This document shows positions 50,149 to 62,984 of a stretch of 64,000 nucleotides of DNA, one piece after another (positions within the stretch are counted from its first letter, which is position 1; each line of letters begins with the position of its first letter). The stretch is from Octopus sinensis (taxonomy: Eukaryota), in the NCBI RefSeq assembly GCF_006345805.1, contig NC_043007.1, positions 52,576,001 through 52,640,000 on the forward strand, in the 5' to 3' direction. Both the position numbers and the translations under genes were made by a program. The notes under the pieces are model-generated. The model worked only from the letters and a program-made list of their open reading frames with translations, ran no database searches and was not told where the DNA came from.

Positions 50149-52367
50149 AACGAAAGAAAGGAAGAGAGAGGAAAGGGAACAAAGAAGGGGGAAGGAAAAA
50201 AGAAAAAGGAGGGGTGGGGAAAAAACGAAATAAGAAAAATTATGTAACAAGCTGTGTAGCCGCGTTATTAACATATATGGAGACAAGTATACAAATACAC
50301 AAGTTCGAATGGATTCATACACATACACATACAGTCGTGTATATGTGCGCTTAAGCACAAACATACGCTCACTTACACATATCCACAGATACGCATGCTT
50401 ACAAATACATATTCATGGCTATACACATACTTATATCAAAATTCTAATTTTTGATAACATTGCTTTTTTTAAAAAAAATGAGTGCAATAATAAAAAATAT
50501 ATACGAAAGGCATATAAAATAAAATATAACACCCTATTTGGATCATCTATAAATTAAAAATCAAGGTAATCCTATACAATACAATAACATGAAATAAACA
50601 AAGTCAAAGGTTTTTCCTAATGTATATGTAGAAATATAAGACTTTGCTATACGGAATGAAATCTGCATAGCGCGAAACAAAATCCATCGTAGCGTTTACA
50701 TACTAGTTCAAGAGTCAAAATCAAAATTTCAAAAATCAAAAATACAAAATATATACTCTATCCATATGGTATATTTATATTCGACATTTTAAATTTAGTT
50801 GCGTGCCTACATAAGTTCATTAGCTCACTTCTTTGATTCAAAGAATTATTGTCTTTGAATAAAATGTACATTTTTTCTAATAGGCAAAGTTTGCATTTAA
50901 AATTATTTCTGTATGCTCCATGCCTGTATGGTGCCTCTCTGTCCAGAATGTTCCATGTCACGTTGAAAGGCGGGGTTTCCTTTTCTTTTAGTTCCCAGAC
51001 ATATTTTGCTAGGCTGGTCCTCTTCCTATTCTCTGGGTATTTAAATGAATTTTTATGTGAATAAAATCGTGTTTTAAATGAATTTTCTGAAGCCCCTGTG
51101 TATGTCTTGTATTCCGATGAGCCTTCTACTTGCACCTTGGCTCTATAAACTACTCCTTTCACTAGACATTTCCCTTCTAACGGACAGGAGTTTTCGTTTT
51201 TGAAATTGCATTTCTTAATGGGCTCGGCACCATGTCTAATCTCAATTAGCTTCCTATTATGCTGGCTAATGTAAGAGGCGAAATTTCTGCAACAAGAATA
51301 GCTAACCTTCAGGGTTCTTCTATTAAATATCCTATAGAATTTATGACCCTGCTTAAAATGCTTAGAGACTAATCTCAAAAATTCCTTACCTATATTAGTC
51401 TTTACAGCCAAAATTGAAAGCCGGGTTGAACCACAAAACTTTCCTGGTCCTAGTTCTTCGTGCAGCATTATTACCAGCATTAAGCTGGTTGTACTGGATC
51501 TTCTCAGAGAATCCACTATTCTTTAATGCACTATCGTAATAAGGTGCAGCATTATGGAATGCTGCCTCGTCCGAAGAAATTGAAGATATTCTTCTACCTA
51601 CATTACTGACTAAGTTCCTAAGGATAACTGGTGGATGGTTCGAATCTTTGCTAATATACGATAGCTTTTCATTGGGCTTACGGAAAGGTTTAAATCTATC
51701 CGACCTTACATTAAAATTACGTCTAAAAAATCTACACTATTCAGGTTAGCATCTATTTTAACCCGTAAGCCCATCCTTTGAAAGAAAGCAATGAGGTCCT
51801 TCCTAAGTCTATCTGATTCATGGCCGTTTAGATTATGCGTGGCTATAAGGCCGTCATCCCTATATAAACCTGCATCTATAAATGGGAATTCTATTTTTAG
51901 ATTATGGAGAATAAAGGCTCCTATGAGCATACATAACTCAGCCCCGTCGTATGCCCCTATAGGATTACCTTGATTTTTAATTTATAGATGATCCAAAATA
52001 GGGTGTTATATTTTATTTTATATGTCTTTCGTATATATTTTTTATTATTGCACTCATTTTTTTTTAAAAAAAGCAATTAGAATTTTGATATAAGTATGTG
52101 TATAGCCATGAATATGTATTTGTAAGCATGCGTATCTGTGTATGTGTAAGTGAGCGTATGTTTGTGCTTAAGCGCACATATACACGACTGTATGTGTATG
52201 AATCCATTCGAACTTGTGTATTTGTATACTTGTCTCCATATATGTCAATAACGCGGCTACACAGCTTGTTACATAATTTTTCTTATTTCGTTTTTTTCCC
52301 ACCCCTCCTTTTTCTTTTTTCCTTCCCCCTTCTTCGTTCCTTTTCCTCACTCTTCCTTTCTTTCGTT
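50149..52367. repeat. ~420-bp inverted repeat arms (50149-50576 and 51958-52367) flanking a Penelope fragment
   Basis: Arms are reverse complements with a few small indels. They meet the insert at cctata on both sides. Confidence 0.9.
50577..51957 (-). mobile_element. 5'-truncated Penelope element (RT C-terminus plus GIY-YIG)
   Basis: PIGAYDGAELCMLIG, GLYRDDGL, VDFLDV; ORF 50758-51516 has CNFKNENSCPLEGKC, VVYRAKV...TYTGASENSFKTRFYSH, CKLCLLEK and CRH. Confidence 0.93.
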
Positions 52368-52898
52368 TTTTTCTCTAACTGATACTGATGCAACTTTACA
52401 TCCCCCTTACTTAAGCTTTACTCAGTATATGAGAATCGCTACATCGATGATTTTAACTTGCATGCGAGATAGATTGCGGACATGTATGTACGCATGCATT
52501 TATGTGTATATTTTAGATTCATATTTATATAAATACGTTTATATGTATGGCGTTTGCACGCATCCTTCTGTGTATGTTGATATATATATATGTACGCTTT
52601 AATATAAATATGTATTGCAGTGTAATATTTATAATAGGTTTTAATTTCTATGCATTAATTATACTTTCTTCATTAACGTCAATATGTATTTTATTCAATG
52701 TAAGGTTTTTTCCTCGAATTTTATAATTTTTATAATTTTTTATATATATATACATATATTTTTGAGCTTTTTTTGTTTATCGCTCGAAGATTGACCGTTA
52801 TTTCTAAAGGGCCAATGAAACAAGTCCATTTTTTTAAAAGGTGTAGCTTTTGTAAGAGTCTAGATTGAATTGATATATCGGTTCCATTCTAGCAAAAA

Positions 52899-52936
52899 CT
52901 GTCTGATGAACGGCAACGAGAAACTCAGAGTAACAG
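52899..52936 (+). ncRNA. Minimal type I hammerhead in a PLE-type repeat (52400-52950)
   Basis: ctgt CTGATGA a-cg-gcaa-cg-a GAAA ctc-a-gag TA acag; very short stem II with a mismatched base. Confidence 0.55.
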
Positions 52937-53858
52937 ATTTTGTTGAATTTTACTCTACCACTGGTATTTGAGTACTCTTTTTTCCACCTTGTTTCACATT
53001 TATGTGTTTACTCCAGTATATATATGTATATATATATACATATATATATCTCCTCATGCACCCACCTTCCCCTCCCCCATAAACCCACCCACCCCTACTC
53101 CACCTTCCCTATCTTCCCCACCCCTTCCCCCACAACTTCCCCTACACACCTCACCGCTATCCGACACCTCTCCCCCACATACCTTACCCCAACCCCCAGC
53201 CGAACCCACGCCCCACAGGTGCTTTCCCCATTCTCGCCTCCCCCACCTCCCCACAACGTCACACCACACTACACTACACCATACAACATTACACATCACG
53301 TCACAACACACCACCCACAGCACACCGCCCACACACCCATCCCCACATCTTTCCACCTACACATACATACACATATCACATCACAACACACCCATCCCCA
53401 CACCCACACATACATACACACACACGTCCACAACACCAGTCCTCTTTCACACGCACATACATACTCTCTTATACACACACACACCTTTGTGTTGGGGGCA
53501 CCTTCATTTTGGAAGTCACTTGACCCTGTTATCTCCCCTACTGTCCCTCTTGCGTCTGACCACTGTCTGAAGTCTGGACGCCATGATAGATCGTTAGCTC
53601 CTACACGCATTTTTTCTTTCCTTGTTTCTCTCCTTGTTTTTTTTCTGTGTATCTTTCTGTCGAAGTGTGTAGGCTCGAAACGTAAAATACTTTTTCTATT
53701 TCTATTCCTGAGCGCTATACTAATACATTTGTTTGTTTGTAATCCACCTGCCTTCGTCATTTGTTTATTTTCGTAAACCTTCCCGTTATATATACATATA
53801 TATATATAGTGAAATGTGTACTTACATATAAGAGAACAAAGTGTACGTACGCCGCTAT

Positions 53859-53934
<76 letters not shown>

Positions 53935-54611
53935 CAAAATGGGACAAGAACGCAAAACATCCAAATATACGATAAAAAAAACACGGGTGGGTCATTCGAA
54001 GCCTTTAATCTTCAGTCAAGAACCAGATCATCCTCGCAATTTAAGCTGATTAATCTTAAGATTGCTCCAATCTGTCCAGCCTCAAGGAAAAACTAAGCTA
54101 AGAGCATTGGAAAAAGGATCGAATGTATACGAAACAAGGACGGAAAAACAGATGATGTTACACGAATATAAATATAAAAATAATACAAAAAAATAAAAAT
54201 ACGAATATAAACACAAAAAAACAATAATAATAATAATTATAATAACAGGACATAATAACAGGCGTCTTTTGACTGGAGACGAATTGAATTCAGCTGGCAT
54301 GTTGAGAATTAAGCCTTATGATGTGACTGTAACCATGGTCCAATGCAAAAGGGCTAGTAGTAGGCCACATTAGAAGAGAAGAGAGAGAAAAAGAGGAACA
54401 AAGGAATAAAGGAGGGGGAGAAGAAAGAGAGAGATTATGTAGACCGAAGAATCAAGGATTGGCAAGAAAAAAGGGAAAGACAGGGACATAGTGAAGTGCA
54501 AAGCAAGAAAAGCAAAGAATTGTGAGAGAGGGGGGAAAGGGAGTGTTGAAGTCATACAAAGTTTAGTGAAATGTGTACTTACATATAAGAGAACAAAGTG
54601 TACATACGCCG

Positions 54612-54645
<34 letters not shown>

Positions 54646-54651
54646 TCATCA

Positions 54652-57600
54652 TCATCATCATCGTTTAACGTCCGTTTTCCGCGCTAGCATGGGTTGGACG
54701 GTTCGACCGGAGTCTGGGAAGCCAGGGCTGCACCAGGCTCCAGTCTGATCTGGCAGTGTTTCTACAGCTGGATGCCCTTCCTAACGCCAACCACTCTGCG
54801 AGTGTAGTGGGTGCTTTTTACGTGCCACCTGCACAGGTGCCAGGGGGGGTCTGGCATCGGCCACGATCGGTTGGTGCTTTTAACGTGCCACCGGCACAGA
54901 AGCCAGCCAAGGCGGCACTGGCATCGGCCACATTTGGATGGTGCTTTTTATGTGCCACCGGCACAGAAGCCAGTCGAGGCAGCGCTGGCAACGGCCACGT
55001 TCGGATGGTGCTTTTTATGTGCCACCGACACAGGTATCACAACTACTATTTCCATTGATATTTGTTTCGATGTTCGTGTACATGCACTTGACTCAACAGG
55101 TCTCCTCAAGCACAGCGAGACGTTCCGGGATCCAAGGTACTTTGAATGGGCAGGGTCTATGCGGAACTGGAGCCGGAAGCATCCCGGGTCTTTGTAGTCA
55201 CAGCACATCTCCAGAGATCTCGGTCCTTCGCCATTGCCTCAGTGAGGCCCAACGCTCAGAGGTCATGCTTGACTACCTCATCCTATGTCTTCCTGGGACT
55301 ACCTCTCCCCCTGATTCCTTCAACTGTTTGGGAGTGGCACTTCTTCACACATCTCACCTCATCCATCCGCAGTACATGACCATACCATCGCAAGCGTCAC
55401 TCTTGCACACCGCATCTGATGCTTCTTATGTCTAGCATTTCTCTCAGGGTGCTTACACTCTGTCGTGCATTCACACTGACATTACACATCCAGCGGATCA
55501 TGCTAGCTTCATTTCTTTCAAATCTACGCATGTCCTCTGCAGTCACGGCCCATGTTTCACTGCCGTGAAGCATGGCAGTTCGCACACATGCATCATACAA
55601 TCTACCTTTCACTCTGAGTGAGAGACCCTTTGTCGCCAGTAGGGGTAGGAGCTTTCTAAACTTTGCCCAGGCTATTTGTATTCTAGTGATGACACTCTCT
55701 GAGCATCCACCTCCACTACTAACTTGGTCACCCAGGTAGCGGAAACTATCAACTACTAGTTTCTCCCCCTGGAGTGTGATGGAATCTGTTTTCTGAGTAT
55801 TTGTGGTGTCTATTGTTCCTGTGCATCTGCCGCACATGAAAGCTATCTTATCAGTTAATTTCCCTTTGATGTTGCTGCACCTCTTATGCGTCCATCTTAT
55901 GGGTGCATCTTATGGAGTTTCTACCTACACCTTTCCTACAGATTGAGCAGGGCCACCTGCCCGATGGGGTGTGTGCTGAGTTTGCCTTTCTGCCTACTAT
56001 AACTTTGGTCTTTGCTACATTTACTCTAAGGCCCTTTGATTCTAACCCTTGTTTCCACACCCGAAATTTCTTTTCTAGTTTCGGTAGTGATTCTGCTATG
56101 AGAGCCAGGTCATCAGCATAGAGAAGCTCCCAGGGGCAACCTGTTTTGAATTCCTCTGTTATTGCCTGGAGGACTATGATGAATAAAAGGGGACTGAGGG
56201 CTGAGCCTTGGTGTACACCTACTTCTACCCGGAATTCTTCACTATATTCGTTGCCAATCCTAACCTTGCTGACAGCCTGTCTGTATAGCCTGTACAGCCC
56301 TTATTAGCCATTCGTCAATCTCCAGTTTCCGCATCGACCACCAGATAAGGGATTGGGGAACCCTGTCAAAGGCTTTCTCCAAGTCCACAAAAGCTATGTA
56401 GAGGGGTTTATCTTTAGCTAGGTACTTCTCCTGCAGTTGTCGGACCAGGAATATAGCATCAGTGGTGCTTCTACCCGGCACAAAACCGAACTGCATCTCA
56501 TCTAAGCAAATTCTCTCCCTAATGAGATGGGTTATGACCCTCTCTGTGACCTTCATCACCTGATCCAACAGTTTAACACCCCTGTAGTTATTTCTATCTA
56601 GATCATCACTCTTACCCTTGTAGTAGTTGACTATGGTGCTGCTACGCCAGTCATTGGGTATGACTCCATTATGAACTACCTGGTTTACAATGCGGGTGAC
56701 TAGGCCATAGCCCACATAACCAGCTGTTTTAAGCATCGTAGCAGTGATACCTGATGGGCCGGGGGCTTTACCTGGTTTCATACCCTTAATTGCCTTAACT
56801 ACAAGGGAGCTCTCTATTTAGATAGCTGGTCCCTCTACTGGGTCAACATTTGGCAGGCTCTCTTCCTCCCATTCATTCTCCACATTCAGCAGTCTTTCAT
56901 AATGGCTTCTCCAAGCCTCTTTCTTTTCACCAACATTAAAAGCAAGTGCCCCATCATCCATGCGGACACATTTCTCTCCTGTAACATCACTATTTTCTCT
57001 CACACACTGTCTAGCAATCCGAAATACCTCAGTTCTTTGGTCCTCACGTCGCTGGACATTGGCAAACTTCTTCTTTTCTGCTATATCTTTGGCTATGTAT
57101 ACCTGCCGCCCGGCCTCCCTTTTGGCTACTTGGTACGGTTCCCTACTACCCCCATCCCTCCAGGCTTTCCAGGCCTGTTTCTTTGCACTAATGGCTTTGT
57201 CTACTGCACTATTCCACCATCACGTAACTCTAGGTCTGGAAGGGACTTTGCACCATCCACAGACTTGGTCTGTGGCACTCAGCAAGCTGTCCTGTAGGAA
57301 TTTCCAGCTACCTTCTATGTCCGACGTCTGTAGCTCCTCCTCCCTCTCATCAAATTTCTTGATGAGGATGTCCCTAAATCTCTGACCATGTGAAGGGTTC
57401 TTTAGCTTCCAAAGCCTTCTTTTCTGGATTGGTCTGCTTTTTGGAGTCCTTCTGGCCTCGAGCCTAAAGTCACTAATGATTAGCCTATGCTGAGGAATAC
57501 ACTCTTCACCCGGGAGGGTCTTTGTATTTAAGAGCAACCCTGCATCCTGCTGTCTGGTGAGGATGAAGTCTATTTGGCTAGCGAAGTCTCCTGACTGATA

Positions 57601-58990
57601 GGTTATAAGGTGGCAGTCAGGCTTCCTGAAGTTAGTGTTGCAGATTAAAAGGTTACATGCATCACAGAATTCCAGTAGTCTAGTTCCCTCATCATTTCTG
57701 GTGCCAATACCATGGCCACCGTGTACCCCAGTGAAGATACCCGATTTCCGCCCAACATGCCCATTAAAGTCTCCACCCACAAAGATGAGGTCCTTGCCAC
57801 TAGTCTTTGAGGTAGCCTGTAGAAGGGTATCATAAAAGTGGTCCTTCTGATCATTTGGTAGCCCTGCATGTGGGGCATAGGCGGAGATAATCATAGCTGT
57901 GCCACTCTGTAGGACTAACCTGAGCTTAAGCACTCTATCGCAAACTCTGACAACCTCTATGACCTTATCCACCCATTTCTCTGCAAGGAGAATGCCTACA
58001 CCCCCTACCCCATCCATGTTACCTTGCCAGAAGACTTTATACCTATGTGCCTTTCCTGTGAGGACCCTAGCTGATGCACCTCTCCACCTTACCTCTTGTA
58101 TGCAGCATACATCAACCCGTCTTCTCTCAAGCATCTCTACAATCTCACTAGACCTACCTTTCAGTGTACCAACATTGACAGTGCCAACTCTGAAAACTGG
58201 GAAGGAGATGTGGAGAGGAGGGGTGCAATTCAGCGCCTGAAAAGAAGAGGGTTGTTGTGGTGGTGGTGAACGTTTTTTAGGCATTTTTCGTCTGATCTCT
58301 CTTCCGACCTGACAACATTCAAGCATTTCGGCATGTTAAGGTTCTGGCCCCTGCCTACGGCAGGGGCTGGTGTTAGCAGCATTGTAAGCATAAGCATTAA
58401 GGTCATTGATGGTGTAGATGTAAGCTCTGTGGTAGAAATACTGAAATTCTAGGTGTTAGTAGTATTCTAAGCAAGCATTATGGTCATTGAGCATCGTGGT
58501 TTAAGCAGTGTAGCAGAAACATGGATATTCTAGAGATGGGGTGGTGTGAGGGGGTTCCAGCAGGGAGAAGAGAGAGTGGGGGGAGGAAATGGGGGAGAAA
58601 GTGCAGGTAATATAGGGGGGGGGGGCGCCAGTGGGGAGGGGTGTTAGAAACGATGACAGGTAGAGGTGGTGGCAGGTTCTAAACAAAATTAAACGTAGGA
58701 TATCACGTGAGGGGGGGACTGGAAGGAGGGGAAGATAAGCAGGGGTTATATAGAGTGAAATAGGAGCAGGGGTTCGAGTGAGGAGGAGGGGTTCGAGTGA
58801 GGAGGAGGGGTTCGAGTGAGGAGGAGGGGTTCGAGTAGACACCCATAATGGTGGTGGGAGAAGGGATATCCGGTATAGATGGAGAAATATATAGATAGAT
58901 ATCCGGTATTGGTGGTGGGGGTGGGAAAGGGCGGGTGCACCGCGAATGGCGAAGTTTGATTCAGAGAGATGTATGGAAAAGCACAAGGAA
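54652..58990 (-). mobile_element. Near full-length RTE LINE, disrupted
   Basis: APE domain open at 57220-58284 (VGTVNVGTL, CCIQEVRWRG, GGDFNGHVG, QIDFIL, QHRLIISD). RT fragments downstream carry stops; 3' UTR and (GAT)n tail at 54652. The 5' limit is approximate. Confidence 0.92.
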
Positions 58991-59193
58991 GAAAGAAGGA
59001 AAGAAAGAAGAAATTATCAGCACATAGGAACGAATTATTACGAGACGGGACTAAAAAATGAAAATCAACAACAGCTTAGCTCACGAAAGGAAACAACAAG
59101 CAGATTAGTAAATAGATAATACATTTTTGTTAGAGGCGAATGTTGTACGAGTGGTCAAGAAGTGAAAAGAAATTCTTAGCTTATCTAGGTTCG

Positions 59194-59269
<76 letters not shown>

Positions 59270-59304
59270 CATACATACATATATATATATATATACATAC
59301 ATAC

Positions 59305-59381
<77 letters not shown>

Positions 59382-59405
59382 CATATATATATATACATAC
59401 ATAAT

Positions 59406-61545
59406 TTTTTATAAGATTAAGTCCGAAATTGATTCAATATAGAGATAACGAAATTTAAATTTTCTAAAGGTTAGTTGCCCGTTTTCAGTTTCAATTTTCC
59501 TGTAACAAGCGGATTATAAGTGGATAAAACAGTGTATTTGGCTTTAGAATAACCCTCTTTAGCCCTTAATTATATGATGTATATTGCAACCGTAACGGTT
59601 TTTTTAAATATACTGCCCACGCTTCCTGATGAATTCCTTTGCTGTAGAGTAAGGGACTTCATCCTATATTGCTTAGTAGTAAACTCGATGCTTGCTACAG
59701 GAGGACTGGTAACCATTACAATTTGTAGCGGCGAAAGGTCTGGACGTTGTTTTCTGAGGCTGACCAAAGAATTTTTATTTTTAGATATAAGTGATGTACT
59801 CAAGTGTAGTTGTGTTTTTAGCTTGTGCTTTTTCCATGATCATACGTGAGTATTTTATTTATATCCCATCGAAAGTTCTACTGAAGAAGGAATATATCTT
59901 TTTATAAGATTAAGTCCGAAATTGATTCAATATAGAGATAACGAATTTAAATTTTCTAAAGGTTAGTTGCCCGTTTTCAGTTTCGATTTTCCTGTAACAA
60001 GCGGATTATAAGTGGATAAAACAGTGTATTTGGCTTTAGAATAACCCTCTTTAGCCCTTAATTATATGATGTATATTGCAACCGTAACGGTTTTTTTTAA
60101 TATACTGCCCACGCTTCCTGATGAATTCCTTTGCTGTAGAGTAAGGGACTTCATCCTATATTGCTTAGTAGTAAACTCGATGCTTGCTACAGGAGGACTG
60201 GTAACCATTACAATTTGTAGCGGCGAAAGGTCTGGACGTTGTTTTCTGAGGCTGACCAAAGAATTTTTATTTTTAGATATAAGTGATGTACTCAAGTGTA
60301 GTTGTGTTTTTAGCTTGTGCTTTTTCCATGATCATACGTGAGTATTTTATTTATATCCCATCGAAAGTTCTACTGAAGAAGGAATATATCTTTTTATAGA
60401 TTAAGTCCGAAATTGATTCAATATAGAGATAACGAAATTTAAATTTTCTAAAGGTTAGTTGCCCGTTTTCAGTTTCAATTTTCCTGTAACAAGCGGATTA
60501 TAAGTGGATAAAACAGTGTATTTGGCTTTAGAATAACCCTCTTTAGCCCTTAATTATATGATGTATATTGCAACCGTAACGGTTTTTTTTAATATACTGC
60601 CCACGCTTCCTGATGAATTCCTTTGCTGTAGAGTAAGGGACTTCATCCTATATTGCTTAGTAGTAAACTCGATGCTTGCTACAGGAGGACTGGTAACCAT
60701 TACAATTTGTAGCGGCGAAAGGTCTGGACGTTGTTTTCTGAGGCTGACCAAAGAATTTTTATTTTTAGATATAAGTGATGTACTCAAGTGTAGTTGTGTT
60801 TTTAGCTTGTGCTTTTTCCATGATCATACGTGAGTATTTTATTTATATCCCATCGAAAGTTCTACTGAAGAAGGAATATATCTTTTTATAAGATTAAGTC
60901 CGAAATTGATTCAATATAGAGATAACGAAATTTAAATTTTCTAAAGGTTAGTTGCCCGTTTTCAGTTTCAATTTTCCTGTAACAAGCGGATTATAAGTGG
61001 ATAAAACAGTGTATTTGGCTTTAGAATAACCCTCTTTAGCCCTTAATTATATGATGTATATTGCAACCGTAACGGTTTTTTTAAATATACTGCCCACGCT
61101 TCCTGATGATTTCCTTTGCTGTAGAGTAAGGGACTTCATCCTATATTGCTTAGTAGTAAACTCGATGCTTGCTACAGGAGGACTGGTAACCATTACAATT
61201 TGTAGCGGCGAAAGGTCTGGACGTTGTTTTCTGAGGCTGACCAAGAATTTTTATTTTTAGATATAGTGATGTACTCAAGTGTAGTTGTGTTTTTAGCTTG
61301 TGCTTTTTCCATGATCATACGTGAGTATTTTATTTATATCCCATCGAAAGTTCTACTGAAGAAGGAATATATCTTTTTATAAGATTAAGTCCGAAATTGA
61401 TTCAATATAGAGATAACGAAATTTAAATTTTCTAAAGGTTAGTTGCCGTTTTCAGTTTCAATTTTCCTGTAACAAGCGGATTATAAGTGGATAAAACAGT
61501 GTATTTGGCTTTAGAATAACCCTCTTTAGCCCTTAATTATATGAT
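59406..61545 (+). repeat. Tandem array of a ~492-bp monomer (4.3 units), one hammerhead per unit; retrozyme-like
   Basis: Periods 493, 492, 492 and 491; monomers almost identical; bounded by TA microsatellites. Confidence 0.95.
59876..59937 (+). ncRNA. Type I hammerhead of the array monomer (also 60368-60428, 60860-60921, 61351-61412)
   Basis: ttcta CTGAAGA a gga...tcc GAAA ttga-t-tcaa TA tagag: 5-bp stem I, extra A after A9, near-palindromic stem III, AUA site, cleavage predicted after 59932. Confidence 0.7.
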
Positions 61546-61695
61546 ATATACATACATATATATATATATACATACATATATATATATATATACACATACA
61601 TATATATATATATATATACACATACATATATATATATATATACACATACATATATATATATATATACACATACATATATATATATATACATACAC

Positions 61696-61748
<53 letters not shown>

Positions 61749-61818
61749 TACATATATATATATATATCTATATATATATACATATACATATATATATATA
61801 TAATATATATATATATAC

Positions 61819-61864
<46 letters not shown>

Positions 61865-61954
61865 TGGGTTGGGTTGGGTTGGTGCATAATTATTGCCATC
61901 TACCAATCAAATGAGAATCAGTAATTGAAGTAGATATATATATATAAGTAAATA

Positions 61955-62923
61955 AATGGAGTTGAACGAAGATGTTATTAAAAATCTTTTACTTTCGACT
62001 TATGTTTCGAAGACAACATTGGTTTTATTCCAAAGGAATAAACGATGTAAAATGCAATCTTCTCATCAGGAAAGAAAGAGAGCCTATCTCAACAACAAGA
62101 CATTATAACAAATACGATGACTGCCTAAATGATAAACAAATTGTTATTAAGTATTTAAAAAACCGTTAGTAGATTTGACGTCAAAGGCAGATACTAGAAA
62201 GAGAAGGGTTAAAGAAATAATAAGTAGAGAACAAATAAAGAGGGATACGTTGGTTGAAAAAAATGTTCAAAGGCTTAGAAATAGATTTCTCTATTGAAGT
62301 AAAGTGCAAGTTAAACTAACTGTTCAAACTATAAAGGCTGGCGAAATCAATTATATGAGCTAAAGGTATGTTTCTGCCAGTGTTTACATTTGTAAGATCG
62401 CCCTATAAGTGTGTTAATAAGGTGATTCTTACAGAAGAGAATATGGAAGAGTTCAGAGTTGCAAATGTTACAAAATCCCTTGCCCTTATCGTAAGGAAAA
62501 GATATGAACAGGATGAACCAATCTAACTTAAAATCTTTATTGTTGTCTTTAAGATGCCAAACCAATTTACTTAGCCCTGTGCTATGGCATTTACTGCTAT
62601 CCCTAAATGATGAATAATGATTGGAAATTCTCTTAGACTACTGGGAAGAGGATGCGCCTATGTGGAAGTAGACATCGGTACCGCAAGAAATTTTACACTG
62701 GTATATAGAATTCTTGATCTTAGAATTATTAGACATAAATTTAATTCTGTTGGGGTTGTCTTCAGAGACCAAAACCATGTTTTTATTGCTATCATTATTA
62801 TTATTGTTAATACTATTAATATTATTATTATTATTATTATTATCATTATTATTATTATCATTATTATTATTATTATCATTATTATTATTATCATTATTAT
62901 TATTATTATCATTATTATTATTA

Positions 62924-62984
<61 letters not shown>

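Noticed and set aside
53655-53695. Hammerhead-like ctgtcgaagtgtgtaggctcgaaacgta (relative at ~11975)
   Set aside because: Essential A6 is missing and stem II pairing is poor; at best a decayed PLE tail.
58768-58835. 19-bp tandem repeat (ggggttcgagtgaggagga x3.5) with a GTTCGA B-box-like core
   Set aside because: Incomplete B box, no A box; looks like local slippage in the RTE 5' region.
59570-61260. Repeated 77-aa and 91-aa ORFs in the 492-bp monomers
   Set aside because: They overlap on opposite strands, have no recognisable motif, and indels in unit 4 break them; likely incidental.
11543-61924. Dozens of [12 protein letters not shown] ORFs in the six-frame track
   Set aside because: Translations of (TA)n, (CA)n and (TACA)n microsatellites, which lack stops in some frames; no protein signal.
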